Source: Clostridium vitabionis
GTDB taxonomy: Bacteria; Bacillota; Clostridia; Lachnospirales; Lachnospiraceae
Length of the DNA stretch: 32,000 nucleotides
Reading direction: 5' to 3'
NCBI RefSeq assembly: GCF_015351765.1
Contig: NZ_JADKQA010000003.1
Span: forward strand, 7,203-39,202
This document shows, in pieces, positions 23,779-32,000 of this stretch. The position numbers and the translations under genes are program-made. The first letter of the stretch is position 1. Each line of letters begins with the position of its first letter. The notes beneath the pieces are model-generated. The model was not told the DNA's origin. It did no database searches and was given only the letters and a program-made list of their open reading frames with translations.

Positions 23779-24654
23779 TTACCAGCTGAGGACCTCGTGG
23801 CCGTCCTCGGTCACCAGAACCTGGATTTCCCACTGGGCGGACGGAAGGCCGTCAACGGTGTAGACTGCCCAATTGTCGCCGTCGGAAGTGTAGACGTCAG
23901 GCTTTCCCATATTGACCATGGGCTCGATGGTGAACATCATGCCGGGAACCAGCAGCATGCCGGTGCCGCGTTTTCCGATATAGCCGACCCAGGGATCCTC
24001 ATGAAACTGCAGGCCGACGCCGTGGCCGCCGATCTCCCGGACAACGCTGTAGCCGTTCTTCTCAACGTGGGTATGGACGGCTTCGGCCATGTCGCCGAGA
24101 AATCCCCAGGGCTTAACCGCCTCAAGACCCTTGGCGACTGCCTCACGGGTCACCTCCACGAGCCGCTTTTTCTCCGGGGAGACATTCCCGATGCAGAACA
24201 TGCGGGAGGAATCGGAAAAATAGCCGTCGAGGATGGTGGAGCAGTCCACGTTGATGATGTCCCCGTCCTTAAGAACCACATCCGGCGACGGGATGCCGTG
24301 GCACACCTGCTCGTTGACCGAAGTGCAGACGCTCTTCGGATATCCCTCATAGTTCAGGTCCGCGGGGATGCCGCCGCGCTTCTGGGTCTCTGTGAAGACC
24401 CACTGGTCGATCTCCTCCGTGGTGACCCCGGCGCGGATGTGCTCCGCCACATAATCAAGGACAGCGATGTTGATCTTGCAGCTTTCCTTGATTTTCTCTA
24501 TCTGGGCCGGGGTTTTGATCAGGCTGTGGTCAGGAACCTCGTGCCCCAGGTCTCTCTCCGCGATGAGGCGGTCGTCAAATGCCATGTGGCAGTGCTTATA
24601 TTTTTTCCCGCTGCCGCACCAGCAGGGGTCATTTCTTCCGGGTCTGTTCATCAT
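23779..24654 (-). CDS. map: Type I methionine aminopeptidase with an N-terminal SEC-C zinc-binding motif
   Basis: 291 aa. The N-terminus reads MMNRPGRNDPCWCGSGKKYKHCH (SEC-C motif). The catalytic core carries VCHGIP, DIINVD, GHGVG, FTIEP and QWEIQVLVTE. Confidence 0.93.
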   Translation of the reverse strand: MMNRPGRNDPCWCGSGKKYKHCHMAFDDRLIAERDLGHEVPDHSLIKTPAQIEKIKESCKINIAVLDYVAEHIRAGVTTEEIDQWVFTETQKRGGIPADLNYEGYPKSVCTSVNEQVCHGIPSPDVVLKDGDIINVDCSTILDGYFSDSSRMFCIGNVSPEKKRLVEVTREAVAKGLEAVKPWGFLGDMAEAVHTHVEKNGYSVVREIGGHGVGLQFHEDPWVGYIGKRGTGMLLVPGMMFTIEPMVNMGKPDVYTSDGDNWAVYTVDGLPSAQWEIQVLVTEDGHEVLSW

Positions 24655-24695
24655 AGACGCTTCCTTCCTGGTAACCGTTCATCGAACCGAAGGAA

Positions 24696-24724
24696 AGTGT
24701 AGCACACGCAAATGGAAAGTTCAA
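24696..24724 (-). promoter_or_regulatory. Candidate promoter for map
   Basis: On the minus strand: TTGAAC (24724-24719), a 17-nt spacer, then an extended -10 TGcTACACT (-10 at 24701-24696). Confidence 0.5.
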
Positions 24725-24747
24725 CACGGAGAAAAATATGCTATACT
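24720..24747 (+). promoter_or_regulatory. Candidate promoter for the histidine kinase / response regulator pair
   Basis: TTCAAC (24720-24725), a 16-nt spacer, then an extended -10 TGcTATACT (-10 at 24742-24747). Its -35 overlaps the map -35 on the opposite strand (GTTCAAC). Confidence 0.45.
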
Positions 24748-24787
24748 GAGGATACTGCCTGGTTTTTCGGGCAGGGGAGGAAGAAGG

Positions 24788-25933
24788 ATGCAGAATAAAA
24801 AGCGGGAGGTTGGCGGAAAGCTTCTCCGGAAATTGGCCTACTGGCCGGGATTCCTTGGAAAATTGAACGGCTGGGTTGTCGCGGTGATCATGATTGATAT
24901 CGCCACGGCAAGTTCCTCGTTTTTCTTTACCCATATGCAGAACCCCTCCAGCAATATCGCGCTGGTGTACGTCCTTGCCGTGCTGATCACGGCACGCTCG
25001 ACGGACCGTTACCGCTACGGGCAGGCGGCGGCTTTCGCCGCGGTCTTCCTGGTCAATTTCCTGTTCACCTATCCCTACGGGCAGTTCAATTTTACCATGA
25101 CAGGCTACCCGCTGACCTTCGTGGCCATGTTTACGATCGCGTCGATCACCAGCATGCTGACCACCAGCATGAAGGCGCAGGCGCAGGAGCTGCAGGAGAA
25201 CGAGAAGCGGCTGATGGAGGCGGAGAAGGAAAGGATGCGGGCAAATCTTCTCAGGGCGATCTCCCACGACCTCCGGACGCCGCTGACCAGCATCATCGGT
25301 TCCAGCACGCTCTATCTGGAAGCCGGGGACACGATGGGCGAGGGGGAGAAGCGTGAGCTGGTGACGCACATCCAGGAGGATTCCAACTGGCTGCTCAATA
25401 TGGTGGAGAACCTGCTCTCAGTCACGCGGATCGACAATGAGACCGCGAGCGTCCACAAGACGGATGAGCCGGTCGAGGAGGTTGTCGGTTCCGCTGTCTC
25501 CAGGCTCCGGAAGCGGCTTCCGGACGCGAAGGTCCGGGTCCGTGTGCCGGAGGAGCTGATCATGCTTCCCATGGATGCCATCCTGATCGAGCAGGTGCTG
25601 ATCAACCTGATGGAAAATGCCGTCGTGCACAGCGGCTCGAGCGAGCCGGTGGAGTGTACCGTGGAAGAGGATAACAGGGAAGTGTATTTCTATGTGCGGG
25701 ATCACGGCAGGGGTATCGAGCCGGAGCGGATCAGCACGATTTTTGACGGGACGTCCGGCCCTTCGGAGGACATGGGCGGACATAAGGGCATGGGTATCGG
25801 TCTCTCGATCTGTAAGACCATCATTGCCGCCCACGGCGGGGAGATCGGAGTAAAAAACGCGGATCCGGGGGCAGTTTTCTGGTTCAGCCTACCGAAGGGG
25901 GCGGAAGCGGACGGCCGGAGCGCGGCACAGTAA
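24788..25933 (+). CDS. Sensor histidine kinase, KdpD C-terminal-core type (DUF4118 membrane domain, HisKA, HATPase)
   Basis: The ORF track entry is 24467..25933. I prefer the ATG at 24788, with GGGGAGGAAGAAGG upstream. It has four TM helices of KdpD membrane-domain style, an H-box (ISHDLRTPLTSI), an N-box (LINLMENAVVHS) and G-boxes (DHGRGI, GMGIGLSICK). There is no N-terminal KdpD/Usp sensor region. Confidence 0.85.
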   Translation: MQNKKREVGGKLLRKLAYWPGFLGKLNGWVVAVIMIDIATASSSFFFTHMQNPSSNIALVYVLAVLITARSTDRYRYGQAAAFAAVFLVNFLFTYPYGQFNFTMTGYPLTFVAMFTIASITSMLTTSMKAQAQELQENEKRLMEAEKERMRANLLRAISHDLRTPLTSIIGSSTLYLEAGDTMGEGEKRELVTHIQEDSNWLLNMVENLLSVTRIDNETASVHKTDEPVEEVVGSAVSRLRKRLPDAKVRVRVPEELIMLPMDAILIEQVLINLMENAVVHSGSSEPVECTVEEDNREVYFYVRDHGRGIEPERISTIFDGTSGPSEDMGGHKGMGIGLSICKTIIAAHGGEIGVKNADPGAVFWFSLPKGAEADGRSAAQ

Positions 25934-25950
25934 AGGATAAGGAATAGAAT

Positions 25951-26679
25951 ATGGCAGCACAAACGGAGATTATGGTCGTCGAGGATGAGAAGAATATCCG
26001 AGATTTTATCGCAACCTTTTTAAAACAGGCGGGTTATGAAGTCCAGCTTGCGGACAGGGGAAAGAAGGCATTGTCGGACATCGCGTTCCACTGCCCCGAC
26101 GTGATCCTTCTCGATCTCGGTCTCCCGGACATCGACGGGATGGATGTGATCGCGAAAATCCGCTCGTACACCACTGTGCCGATCATCGTCATTTCCGCGA
26201 GGACGAGGGAGGACGAGAAGGTGGCGGCCCTGGATGCCGGCGCGGATGACTATCTGACGAAGCCCATCGGCACCAGTGAGCTTCTGGCCAGGGTGCGGAC
26301 AGCGCTCCGCCACGGAAGCCGCATCAATGCCGGATCCCTGACAAACCGCCCTTACCACGCGAAGGAACTGACCGTCGATTATGGGCGCCATGTGGTGACC
26401 ATCGGGGGCAAGCCTGTCCACCTGACCCAGAATGAGTTCCGGATCATCGCGCTGCTCGCCCAGAACAGCGGCCGCGTCATGACCTACGACGCGATTATCC
26501 GCAGCATTTGGGGGCCTTACGCTGCCGGGGACAACAGCATCCTGCGCGTCAATATGGCGCACATCCGGCGGAAACTGGAACAGAATCCGGCGGAGCCGGA
26601 ATATATCTTTACCGAGATGGGAATCGGCTACTATATGATTGAGGATGAGACACCGGTGGATGGCAAGGGGGATTCGTGA
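25951..26679 (+). CDS. OmpR-family response regulator (KdpE-like)
   Basis: 242 aa. The receiver domain has DVILLDLGLPDIDG and LTKP. The winged-helix output domain has LTQNEFRIIALLAQNSGRVMTYDAIIRSIWG. Confidence 0.9.
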   Translation: MAAQTEIMVVEDEKNIRDFIATFLKQAGYEVQLADRGKKALSDIAFHCPDVILLDLGLPDIDGMDVIAKIRSYTTVPIIVISARTREDEKVAALDAGADDYLTKPIGTSELLARVRTALRHGSRINAGSLTNRPYHAKELTVDYGRHVVTIGGKPVHLTQNEFRIIALLAQNSGRVMTYDAIIRSIWGPYAAGDNSILRVNMAHIRRKLEQNPAEPEYIFTEMGIGYYMIEDETPVDGKGDS

Positions 26680-26704
26680 CAAGGCCTTGTAAATGTGCTA
26701 TGAT
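26676..26704 (+). promoter_or_regulatory. Sigma-A-type promoter for the nucleotidyltransferase / 831-aa unit
   Basis: GTGACA (26676-26681, containing the response-regulator TGA stop), a 17-nt spacer, then an extended -10 TGcTATGAT (-10 at 26699-26704). The roughly 120-nt leader holds the hairpins TGTTCAG/CTGAACA and AAGCCGC/GCGGCTT. Confidence 0.55.
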
Positions 26705-26828
26705 TTTTTGTAACTGTTCAGCACATGCAGGTCTGAACAATTGCGATTTTTAATCGGTAAGCCGCAGGATTTTTCAGCAGCAGGGGGCGTCCGCGGCTTT
26801 CTATTTGTGAATGATGGAGGAGAAGCAG

Positions 26829-27752
26829 ATGAAAGATACAACCCTGGTCATTATGGCGGCAGGAATCGGCAGCCGTTTTGGCGGCGGAATCAAGCAGCTC
26901 ACCCCGATGGGGCCGAACGGTGAGATTATCATGGATTACTCGATCTATGATGCGATGCAGGCCGGTTTTAATAAGGTTGTCTTTATTCTCCGGAGAGATC
27001 TGGAGAAGGATTTCCGGGAGATCATCGGGAGCCGCATTGAGAAGGTGATTCCCTGCGCGTACGCATTTCAGGAGATGGATGACCTTCCGGCGGGATTTGC
27101 CGTTCCGGCGGGAAGGAAGAAGCCCTGGGGCACCGGACAGGCGGTGCTTGCGGCGAAGAACCTGGTGCATGAGCCCTTCCTTGTCATCAACGCGGATGAC
27201 TATTATGGGAAGGAAGCGTTCGGAAAGGTCCACGACTACATGGCCAATGAGATGAGTGAAAGCAAGCCGTACCTGGATATGTGCATGGCGGGCTTCATCC
27301 TGAAGAATACCCTGAGCGACAACGGGACGGTAACCCGCGGGGTCTGCGAGGTGAATCCTGACGGGACGCTTGCCCGTGTCACCGAGACCTACGACGTGCG
27401 CATGACGGACGGAAAGATGAGCGCGAAGGACGCGGAAGGCAATCCGGTGACGGTCCGTGCGGACCAGCATGTGTCGATGAATATGTGGGGCCTCACGCCG
27501 GCATTTTTCGATGTGCTGGAGGCCGGGTTCCCGAAGTTCCTGGAAAATGTTCCGGCGGGCGACCTGAAGGCGGAGTATCTTCTGCCGAGCGTGATCGACG
27601 AGCAGATCCGCGGTGGAAAGGCGAAGGTGCGCGTGCTGGAGACGAGAGATAAATGGTTCGGCGTTACCTATCAGGAGGACAAAGCGAGCGTCACGGCGGC
27701 ATTTGCCAGGCTTATTGCGGACGGCGTCTATCCTGAGAAGCTGTATTCCTGA
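26829..27752 (+). CDS. Sugar-phosphate nucleotidyltransferase (NTP_transferase fold), specificity unknown
   Basis: The ORF track entry is 26811..27752. I prefer the ATG at 26829, with GGAGGAG upstream. It carries the signature LVIMAAGIGSRFGGGIKQL (GxGxR loop), plus KPWGTGQAV and VINADDYYG. Confidence 0.8.
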   Translation: MKDTTLVIMAAGIGSRFGGGIKQLTPMGPNGEIIMDYSIYDAMQAGFNKVVFILRRDLEKDFREIIGSRIEKVIPCAYAFQEMDDLPAGFAVPAGRKKPWGTGQAVLAAKNLVHEPFLVINADDYYGKEAFGKVHDYMANEMSESKPYLDMCMAGFILKNTLSDNGTVTRGVCEVNPDGTLARVTETYDVRMTDGKMSAKDAEGNPVTVRADQHVSMNMWGLTPAFFDVLEAGFPKFLENVPAGDLKAEYLLPSVIDEQIRGGKAKVRVLETRDKWFGVTYQEDKASVTAAFARLIADGVYPEKLYS

Positions 27753-30247
27753 TGGGAAAAAGATTATTTACGGCGAGGAGGGCAGTACTTTCAGCGGTAC
27801 TGCTCCTTTTGGCGGCTCTTGCGGTATTTGCCGGCCTTTTTTTCTGGCGGCACCGTGAGCATGGCGGTTCTGTGGATGTCTACACTACGGTGGAGGACGC
27901 AAAGATCCCGAGGATCAGTGCGGAGATGTACGGGCGGCGGATGAACCTGCTCAGCGGCCATACGGAAGATGAAAAGGACGCGGCCGGAAGGACAGATCTC
28001 ACAATCCTCCCGGCGGACCGTCAGCTCACGCTCGACATTGATCCCGACGGGACGAAGATTACCGGCCTCCGCTATGAGATCCGGAATGCGGCCGGGGATC
28101 ACCTGGTTGAGCGCACGGATGTCAGCCAGTTCGGCGGGGACGGGAACCTCGTGACGGCGCGCCTCCCGATCCAGAATATGATCAGCGCGGACGTGGAATA
28201 TCAGATGACGGTTCTCCTGACCGTGGAGGACGGCCGGCAGATCTACTACTATACCCGGATCATGGCCCCGTCAGGGCAGGATGCCAAGGAAATGGTGGAT
28301 TTTGCCGCGGATTTTTCCGATAAGACATTCGACCCGTCGGCGGCGCGGGATCTCACGACCTATCTTGAGGTGTCTGCACTTGCGGATAATTCCGGCCTGG
28401 GAGAGGTCACCCTGGCCAACAATTTCGATATGCTGACCTGGCATGGCACCGGGATGAGGAAAGAGGGAGACACCCTCTTCCGCCTGCGTGAGCTCATGGG
28501 CAGCATGTGCGTGCTGGAGCTCACCTACACGGCAGCCCGGGATACGGACAGCCGGACCGTCTATTACGATGTGACGGAGAGCTACACCATGCGCCGCGGG
28601 CCTGAGCGGGTCTACGTCATGGATTTTGACCGGAAAACCCGCGAGGTATTTGACGGGAATCCGTCGGCGGTCACCGAAGGACAGGTGGCCCTCGGGGTGA
28701 ATGACGGGGAAGAGGCCAGCGCAAGGAAGAGTCCGTCGGGGACGGATACCGCATTTTCCGCCAACGGGGATCTCTGGGTTTATGACCAGAAGGGCAATAC
28801 GCTGACGCGGATTTATTCTACCCGGGAGGATGACCGGACGGCCGGGGAGGACTATGGAAACTGCCTGGTGAAGGCGTTGACGGTCACCGACACCGGGGAT
28901 GTCAACTTTTTTGTCAGCGGCTACCAGAGCCGGGGCGCCCATGCCGGACAGACCGGAACGACACTCTATCACTACAGCGGATCCGGCAACACGCTGGCGG
29001 AGCTGCTCTATCTGCCCTCAACCGAGTCCCCGGAGCTTTTGATGGAGGACGCCGGAACCCTGGCGTATCTCACCGCGGAGGGAAAGTTCTGCCTCCTCAT
29101 GAATGGCACGGTCTACCGTCTGGGCACAGACAGCAGCAAGGCGGAGGTTCTGGCCGGGGGGCTGTCCCTGGATACCTTTGCCGCGAGCACCGGCGGGAAC
29201 CGCATCGCCTGGCAGGAGGGCGGTGACCGCTATGACTGTGAGGCGATTCATGTCCTCAATCTGGAGGACGGCATGGACAATGTGATTTCCGCCGGAGATG
29301 GGGAGAAGCTCCGTCTGGCGGGGTTTGTCGGGGACGATGTGGTCTACGGCATCGGCAGGACGCAGGATGCGGTGTCCTCGCAGGGACGGATCACCTCCCT
29401 CCCGCTCTACTCGGTGGTGATTGTTGACGCCGGGATGCAGCCGGAGGTTACCTACCAGAAGGAAAATATCTACATCACCGGCATCACGATCAGCGACAGC
29501 AGGGTCCACCTGAGCCGGGTGACCTGGGACGGCAGTGCCTATCAGCCGGTTCCCGAGGACACGCTGATCAATAACCAGACGGACGCGGCGGCAGCGGAGA
29601 GCCTCATCGGCACGGCAGACGACCGCATGGTGGGCAGGATCTGCACGGTCAAGGTTTCCGGCATCCGCTCCGGGGCTGCCGTCCGTACCCCGGCAAAGAT
29701 CCAGGTCCGGGCTGATGACGCGGCGGAAGTATCCGGCGGAGAGGCATTTTCCGGCTTCCTCGCTTACACGCGGGGGCGCTTCGCCGGCTCCTATACCGAT
29801 CTTTCCGCGGCGGTTGCCGCGGTCTACGACAGCATGGGAACGGTCACGGATGCCTCGGGGAATGTCGTCTGGAACCGGATCGACCGGCCGGCGGAGGCCT
29901 CGTCAGGAGATCCTGCTTCTGCCGTCTCGAGCGCGCTCTCCTGGCTTCAGGACTTTACCGGCGGGAAGCGAACTTCCGGGGACGGAACCCGGCTGTTCGA
30001 CGGGCAGGGCATGAGCCTTGCCCAGGTCATGTACTTCCTCGGCAGGGGGATGCCGGCAGCTTTCCGTTTCCCGGATGGCACCGTGGGTGTCCTGACCGGA
30101 TATGACCAGTTTAACAATGTGACCTTTATCCGGAACGCGGATTCCGGGAATACCCAGGCGGAGAAGCTCGGGCAGGGGGACGCCTCGGCGTTCTTCGCCC
30201 AGAACGGAAGCGGCTTTGTCTGCTTCCTCAGGGGCGGGCAGTCTTGA
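27752..30247 (+). CDS. Large membrane-anchored extracytoplasmic protein of unknown function (831 aa)
   Basis: The start overlaps the upstream stop (TGATG at 27750-27754). There is one N-terminal TM helix (AVLSAVLLLLAALAVFAGLFFW). The remainder is hydrophilic and beta-rich in appearance, and codon usage matches neighbouring genes. I see no recognisable catalytic motif. Confidence 0.7.
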   Translation: MGKRLFTARRAVLSAVLLLLAALAVFAGLFFWRHREHGGSVDVYTTVEDAKIPRISAEMYGRRMNLLSGHTEDEKDAAGRTDLTILPADRQLTLDIDPDGTKITGLRYEIRNAAGDHLVERTDVSQFGGDGNLVTARLPIQNMISADVEYQMTVLLTVEDGRQIYYYTRIMAPSGQDAKEMVDFAADFSDKTFDPSAARDLTTYLEVSALADNSGLGEVTLANNFDMLTWHGTGMRKEGDTLFRLRELMGSMCVLELTYTAARDTDSRTVYYDVTESYTMRRGPERVYVMDFDRKTREVFDGNPSAVTEGQVALGVNDGEEASARKSPSGTDTAFSANGDLWVYDQKGNTLTRIYSTREDDRTAGEDYGNCLVKALTVTDTGDVNFFVSGYQSRGAHAGQTGTTLYHYSGSGNTLAELLYLPSTESPELLMEDAGTLAYLTAEGKFCLLMNGTVYRLGTDSSKAEVLAGGLSLDTFAASTGGNRIAWQEGGDRYDCEAIHVLNLEDGMDNVISAGDGEKLRLAGFVGDDVVYGIGRTQDAVSSQGRITSLPLYSVVIVDAGMQPEVTYQKENIYITGITISDSRVHLSRVTWDGSAYQPVPEDTLINNQTDAAAAESLIGTADDRMVGRICTVKVSGIRSGAAVRTPAKIQVRADDAAEVSGGEAFSGFLAYTRGRFAGSYTDLSAAVAAVYDSMGTVTDASGNVVWNRIDRPAEASSGDPASAVSSALSWLQDFTGGKRTSGDGTRLFDGQGMSLAQVMYFLGRGMPAAFRFPDGTVGVLTGYDQFNNVTFIRNADSGNTQAEKLGQGDASAFFAQNGSGFVCFLRGGQS

Positions 30248-30272
30248 CAATTTCCTGTCCGCGTGGTAAATT
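30244..30272 (+). promoter_or_regulatory. Sigma-A-type promoter for murA
   Basis: TTGACA (30244-30249, containing the TGA stop of the 831-aa gene), a 17-nt spacer, then an extended -10 TGgTAAATT (-10 at 30267-30272). Confidence 0.6.
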
Positions 30273-30380
30273 GCCCCTTGCGCTATCCAGGCCTGCGCAA
30301 TCCATACATTTGATGATCATGAACATGTTCCTTTGAAGTTCAGTCGTTTCTCCGGGGGTGGCCGGGGATTGAGGTGCGAG

Positions 30381-31673
30381 ATGAGTCAATATATTATGAA
30401 GGGCGGGATTCCGCTTGTCGGGGAAGTGGAGATTGGCGGCGCGAAGAATGCCGCTCTCGGTATTCTTGCCGCGGGGCTCATGACAGATGAGGATGTTCTG
30501 ATTGAGAATCTGCCGGATGTCCGGGACACCAATGTGATGCTGGATGCCCTCGCGGAGATCGGCGCCTCGGTGGAGCGGATTGACCGGCACACGGTGCGCC
30601 TGAACGGCAGCTCGATCCGCCAGATCAGCGTGGATGATGAATTTATCCGGAAAATCCGCGCGTCCTACTATTTTCTCGGCGCCCTGCTCGGCAAATACAA
30701 GAGCGCGCAGGTGCCGCTGCCCGGTGGGTGCAACATCGGAAGCCGCCCCATTGACCTCCATATCAAGGGATTTCGGGCGCTGGGCGCGGATGTGAAGATT
30801 GAGAACGGGATCGTGTACGCCCACGCGATTGACCTGGTCGGCAGCCATATTTACCTGGACCAGGTGTCGGTCGGCGCGACAATCAATATCATGATGGCGG
30901 CGGTGATGGCCGACGGGGAGACGATCATCGAGAACCCGGCGAAAGAGCCGCATGTCGTTGATGTGGCGAACTTCCTGAACAGCATGGGCGCGAACATCAA
31001 GGGGACCGGCACCGATGTGATCCGGATCCGCGGAGTCCGCCACCTGCACGGCACCGAGTACTCCATTATCCCGGACCAGATTGAGGCAGGCACCTATATG
31101 TGCGCGGCGGCGGTCACCCGGGGCGATGTGACGGTGGAAAATGTCATCCCGAAGCACCTGGAGGCAATCTCCAGCAAGCTGGCCGAGCTCGGCTGCGAGG
31201 TCCGCGAGTTCGACGAGGCTGTCCGCGTGGTTGGCCGAAGCCGCCAGTTCCACACCAACATCAAGACGCTGCCCTATCCGGGGTTTCCCACGGATATGCA
31301 GCCGCAGATCACGGTAACCCTCGCTCTCGCCGAGGGCACCAGCATCGTGACCGAGAGCATTTTTGAGAACCGCTTCCGCTATGTGGATGAGCTGGCCCGC
31401 ATGGGCGGCAATATCCGCGTGGAGGGAAATTCCGCGATCATCACCGGCGTGAAGAAGTTCCTCGGCGCCGAGGTCTCCGCGCCGGATCTGCGCGCGGGCG
31501 CGGCGCTTGTCCTGGCGGGGCTTGCCGCGGACGGCTACACGACGGTTGACGAGATCGGCTATATCCAGCGCGGCTACGAGGCGTTCGACGAGAAGCTTCG
31601 GCATCTGGGCGCCTGCATTGAGCTTGTGGATGATGAGCGGGAAGCGCAGAAGTTCCGCCTGCGGGTAGTCTGA
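30381..31673 (+). CDS. murA: UDP-N-acetylglucosamine 1-carboxyvinyltransferase MurA
   Basis: The ORF track entry is 30333..31673. I prefer the ATG at 30381 (MSQYIMKGGIPLVGEVEIGGAKNAALGILAAG). The active-site loop is LPGGCNIGSRPIDLH, and the C-terminal region has APDLRAGAALVLAGL. Confidence 0.93.
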   Translation: MSQYIMKGGIPLVGEVEIGGAKNAALGILAAGLMTDEDVLIENLPDVRDTNVMLDALAEIGASVERIDRHTVRLNGSSIRQISVDDEFIRKIRASYYFLGALLGKYKSAQVPLPGGCNIGSRPIDLHIKGFRALGADVKIENGIVYAHAIDLVGSHIYLDQVSVGATINIMMAAVMADGETIIENPAKEPHVVDVANFLNSMGANIKGTGTDVIRIRGVRHLHGTEYSIIPDQIEAGTYMCAAAVTRGDVTVENVIPKHLEAISSKLAELGCEVREFDEAVRVVGRSRQFHTNIKTLPYPGFPTDMQPQITVTLALAEGTSIVTESIFENRFRYVDELARMGGNIRVEGNSAIITGVKKFLGAEVSAPDLRAGAALVLAGLAADGYTTVDEIGYIQRGYEAFDEKLRHLGACIELVDDEREAQKFRLRVV

Positions 31674-31783
31674 GCGGGAAAGTCCGCAAAGCCGTCCGCA
31701 AGCAGCCGGTCTGCGGGTTATCCCCAGCATGCACTGAACAGTAACAGGTTCTGCGATTTGGGCAAATATGCGGTGAGTGTATA

Positions 31784-31813
31784 TTGACACCGCGTCCTGC
31801 GCTGTGCTATCGT
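31784..31813 (+). promoter_or_regulatory. Candidate promoter for the S-box leader
   Basis: TTGACA (31784-31789), an 18-nt spacer, then TGcTATCGT (-10 at 31808-31813). Confidence 0.4.
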
Positions 31814-31869
31814 AGGCTTGGCTCGGGAAGAGCCGGAGAACACATTCCATAAAAGTAAATATTGATTAT

Positions 31870-32000
31870 CCCTTATTCAGAGTGATGGAGATACAGAGGA
31901 TCGATGAAGTCACGGCAACCCCGACCCGGCCGTATATAGCGGTTTCGGCGGAAGGTGCCAGCCTGAGCGGAGAGGTGCGATGCCTGTCCGAGCAATAAGA
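31870..32000 (+). promoter_or_regulatory. SAM-I (S-box) riboswitch aptamer; expression platform and regulated gene lie beyond the window end
   Basis: CCTTATTCAGAGTGATGGAGATACAGAGGATCGATGAAGTCACGGCAACC...GGTGCCAGCCTGAGCGG...GAGCAATAAGA. The P1 halves are CTTATTC (from 31872) and GAGCAATAAG (31990-31999). The S-box landmarks AGAG, GGAG, ATGAA, GCAAC and GGTGCCA appear in the right order. Confidence 0.7.

Noticed and set aside
23319-31755. A shared 13-mer, CTGAACAGTAACA, in two intergenic regions (about 23320 and about 31735), plus a near reverse-complement at about 26710.
   Set aside because: A rough estimate puts the number of chance 13-mer coincidences in 32 kb on both strands above one, so this is not significant. 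No extended similarity flanks the matches.

Overview
The window looks like a GC-rich Firmicutes (Clostridia-like) chromosomal segment. That placement is an inference from lipobox lipoproteins, the metG-tatD-rsmA order, a GlpP antiterminator and an S-box leader. I support about 28 protein genes, 3 tRNAs, one SAM-I riboswitch cut by the window end, and several sigma-A-type promoters and intrinsic terminators. I see no transposase, integrase, phage gene, CRISPR array or recognisable defence or toxin gene. In order, the window holds: a LacI-family tail; a TRAP transporter (P/Q/M) with a PHP metallohydrolase and an AraM-type glycerol-1-phosphate dehydrogenase; ridA; a YjbR-fusion protein; mgtE; citC-citX; a DUF815 ATPase and a DUF885 lipoprotein (minus strand); a small ORF with two esterases; metG-tatD-rsmA; tRNA-Phe and tRNA-Gly; mgtC; glpP; tRNA-Gly; map (minus strand); a KdpD-core/KdpE-like two-component pair; a nucleotidyltransferase with an 831-aa membrane-anchored unknown; murA; and the S-box. 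Most long minus-strand ORFs in the track are GC-driven antisense artefacts. No clear novel system stands out, so the findings are modest-interest leads. (1) The first 5.8 kb is a compositionally distinct TRAP/PHP/AraM cassette with no assignable substrate. (2) Three unrelated intergenic tandem duplications lie between 7.6 and 12.7 kb, including a twin-hairpin repeat in an mgtE leader with no visible M-box and an in-frame copy of a gene's stop-codon tail. (3) citC-citX sits without citDEF or citG. (4) A translationally coupled nucleotidyltransferase and 831-aa unknown lie between a two-component system and murA. Family assignments rest on motif recognition by eye, and no database search was run.
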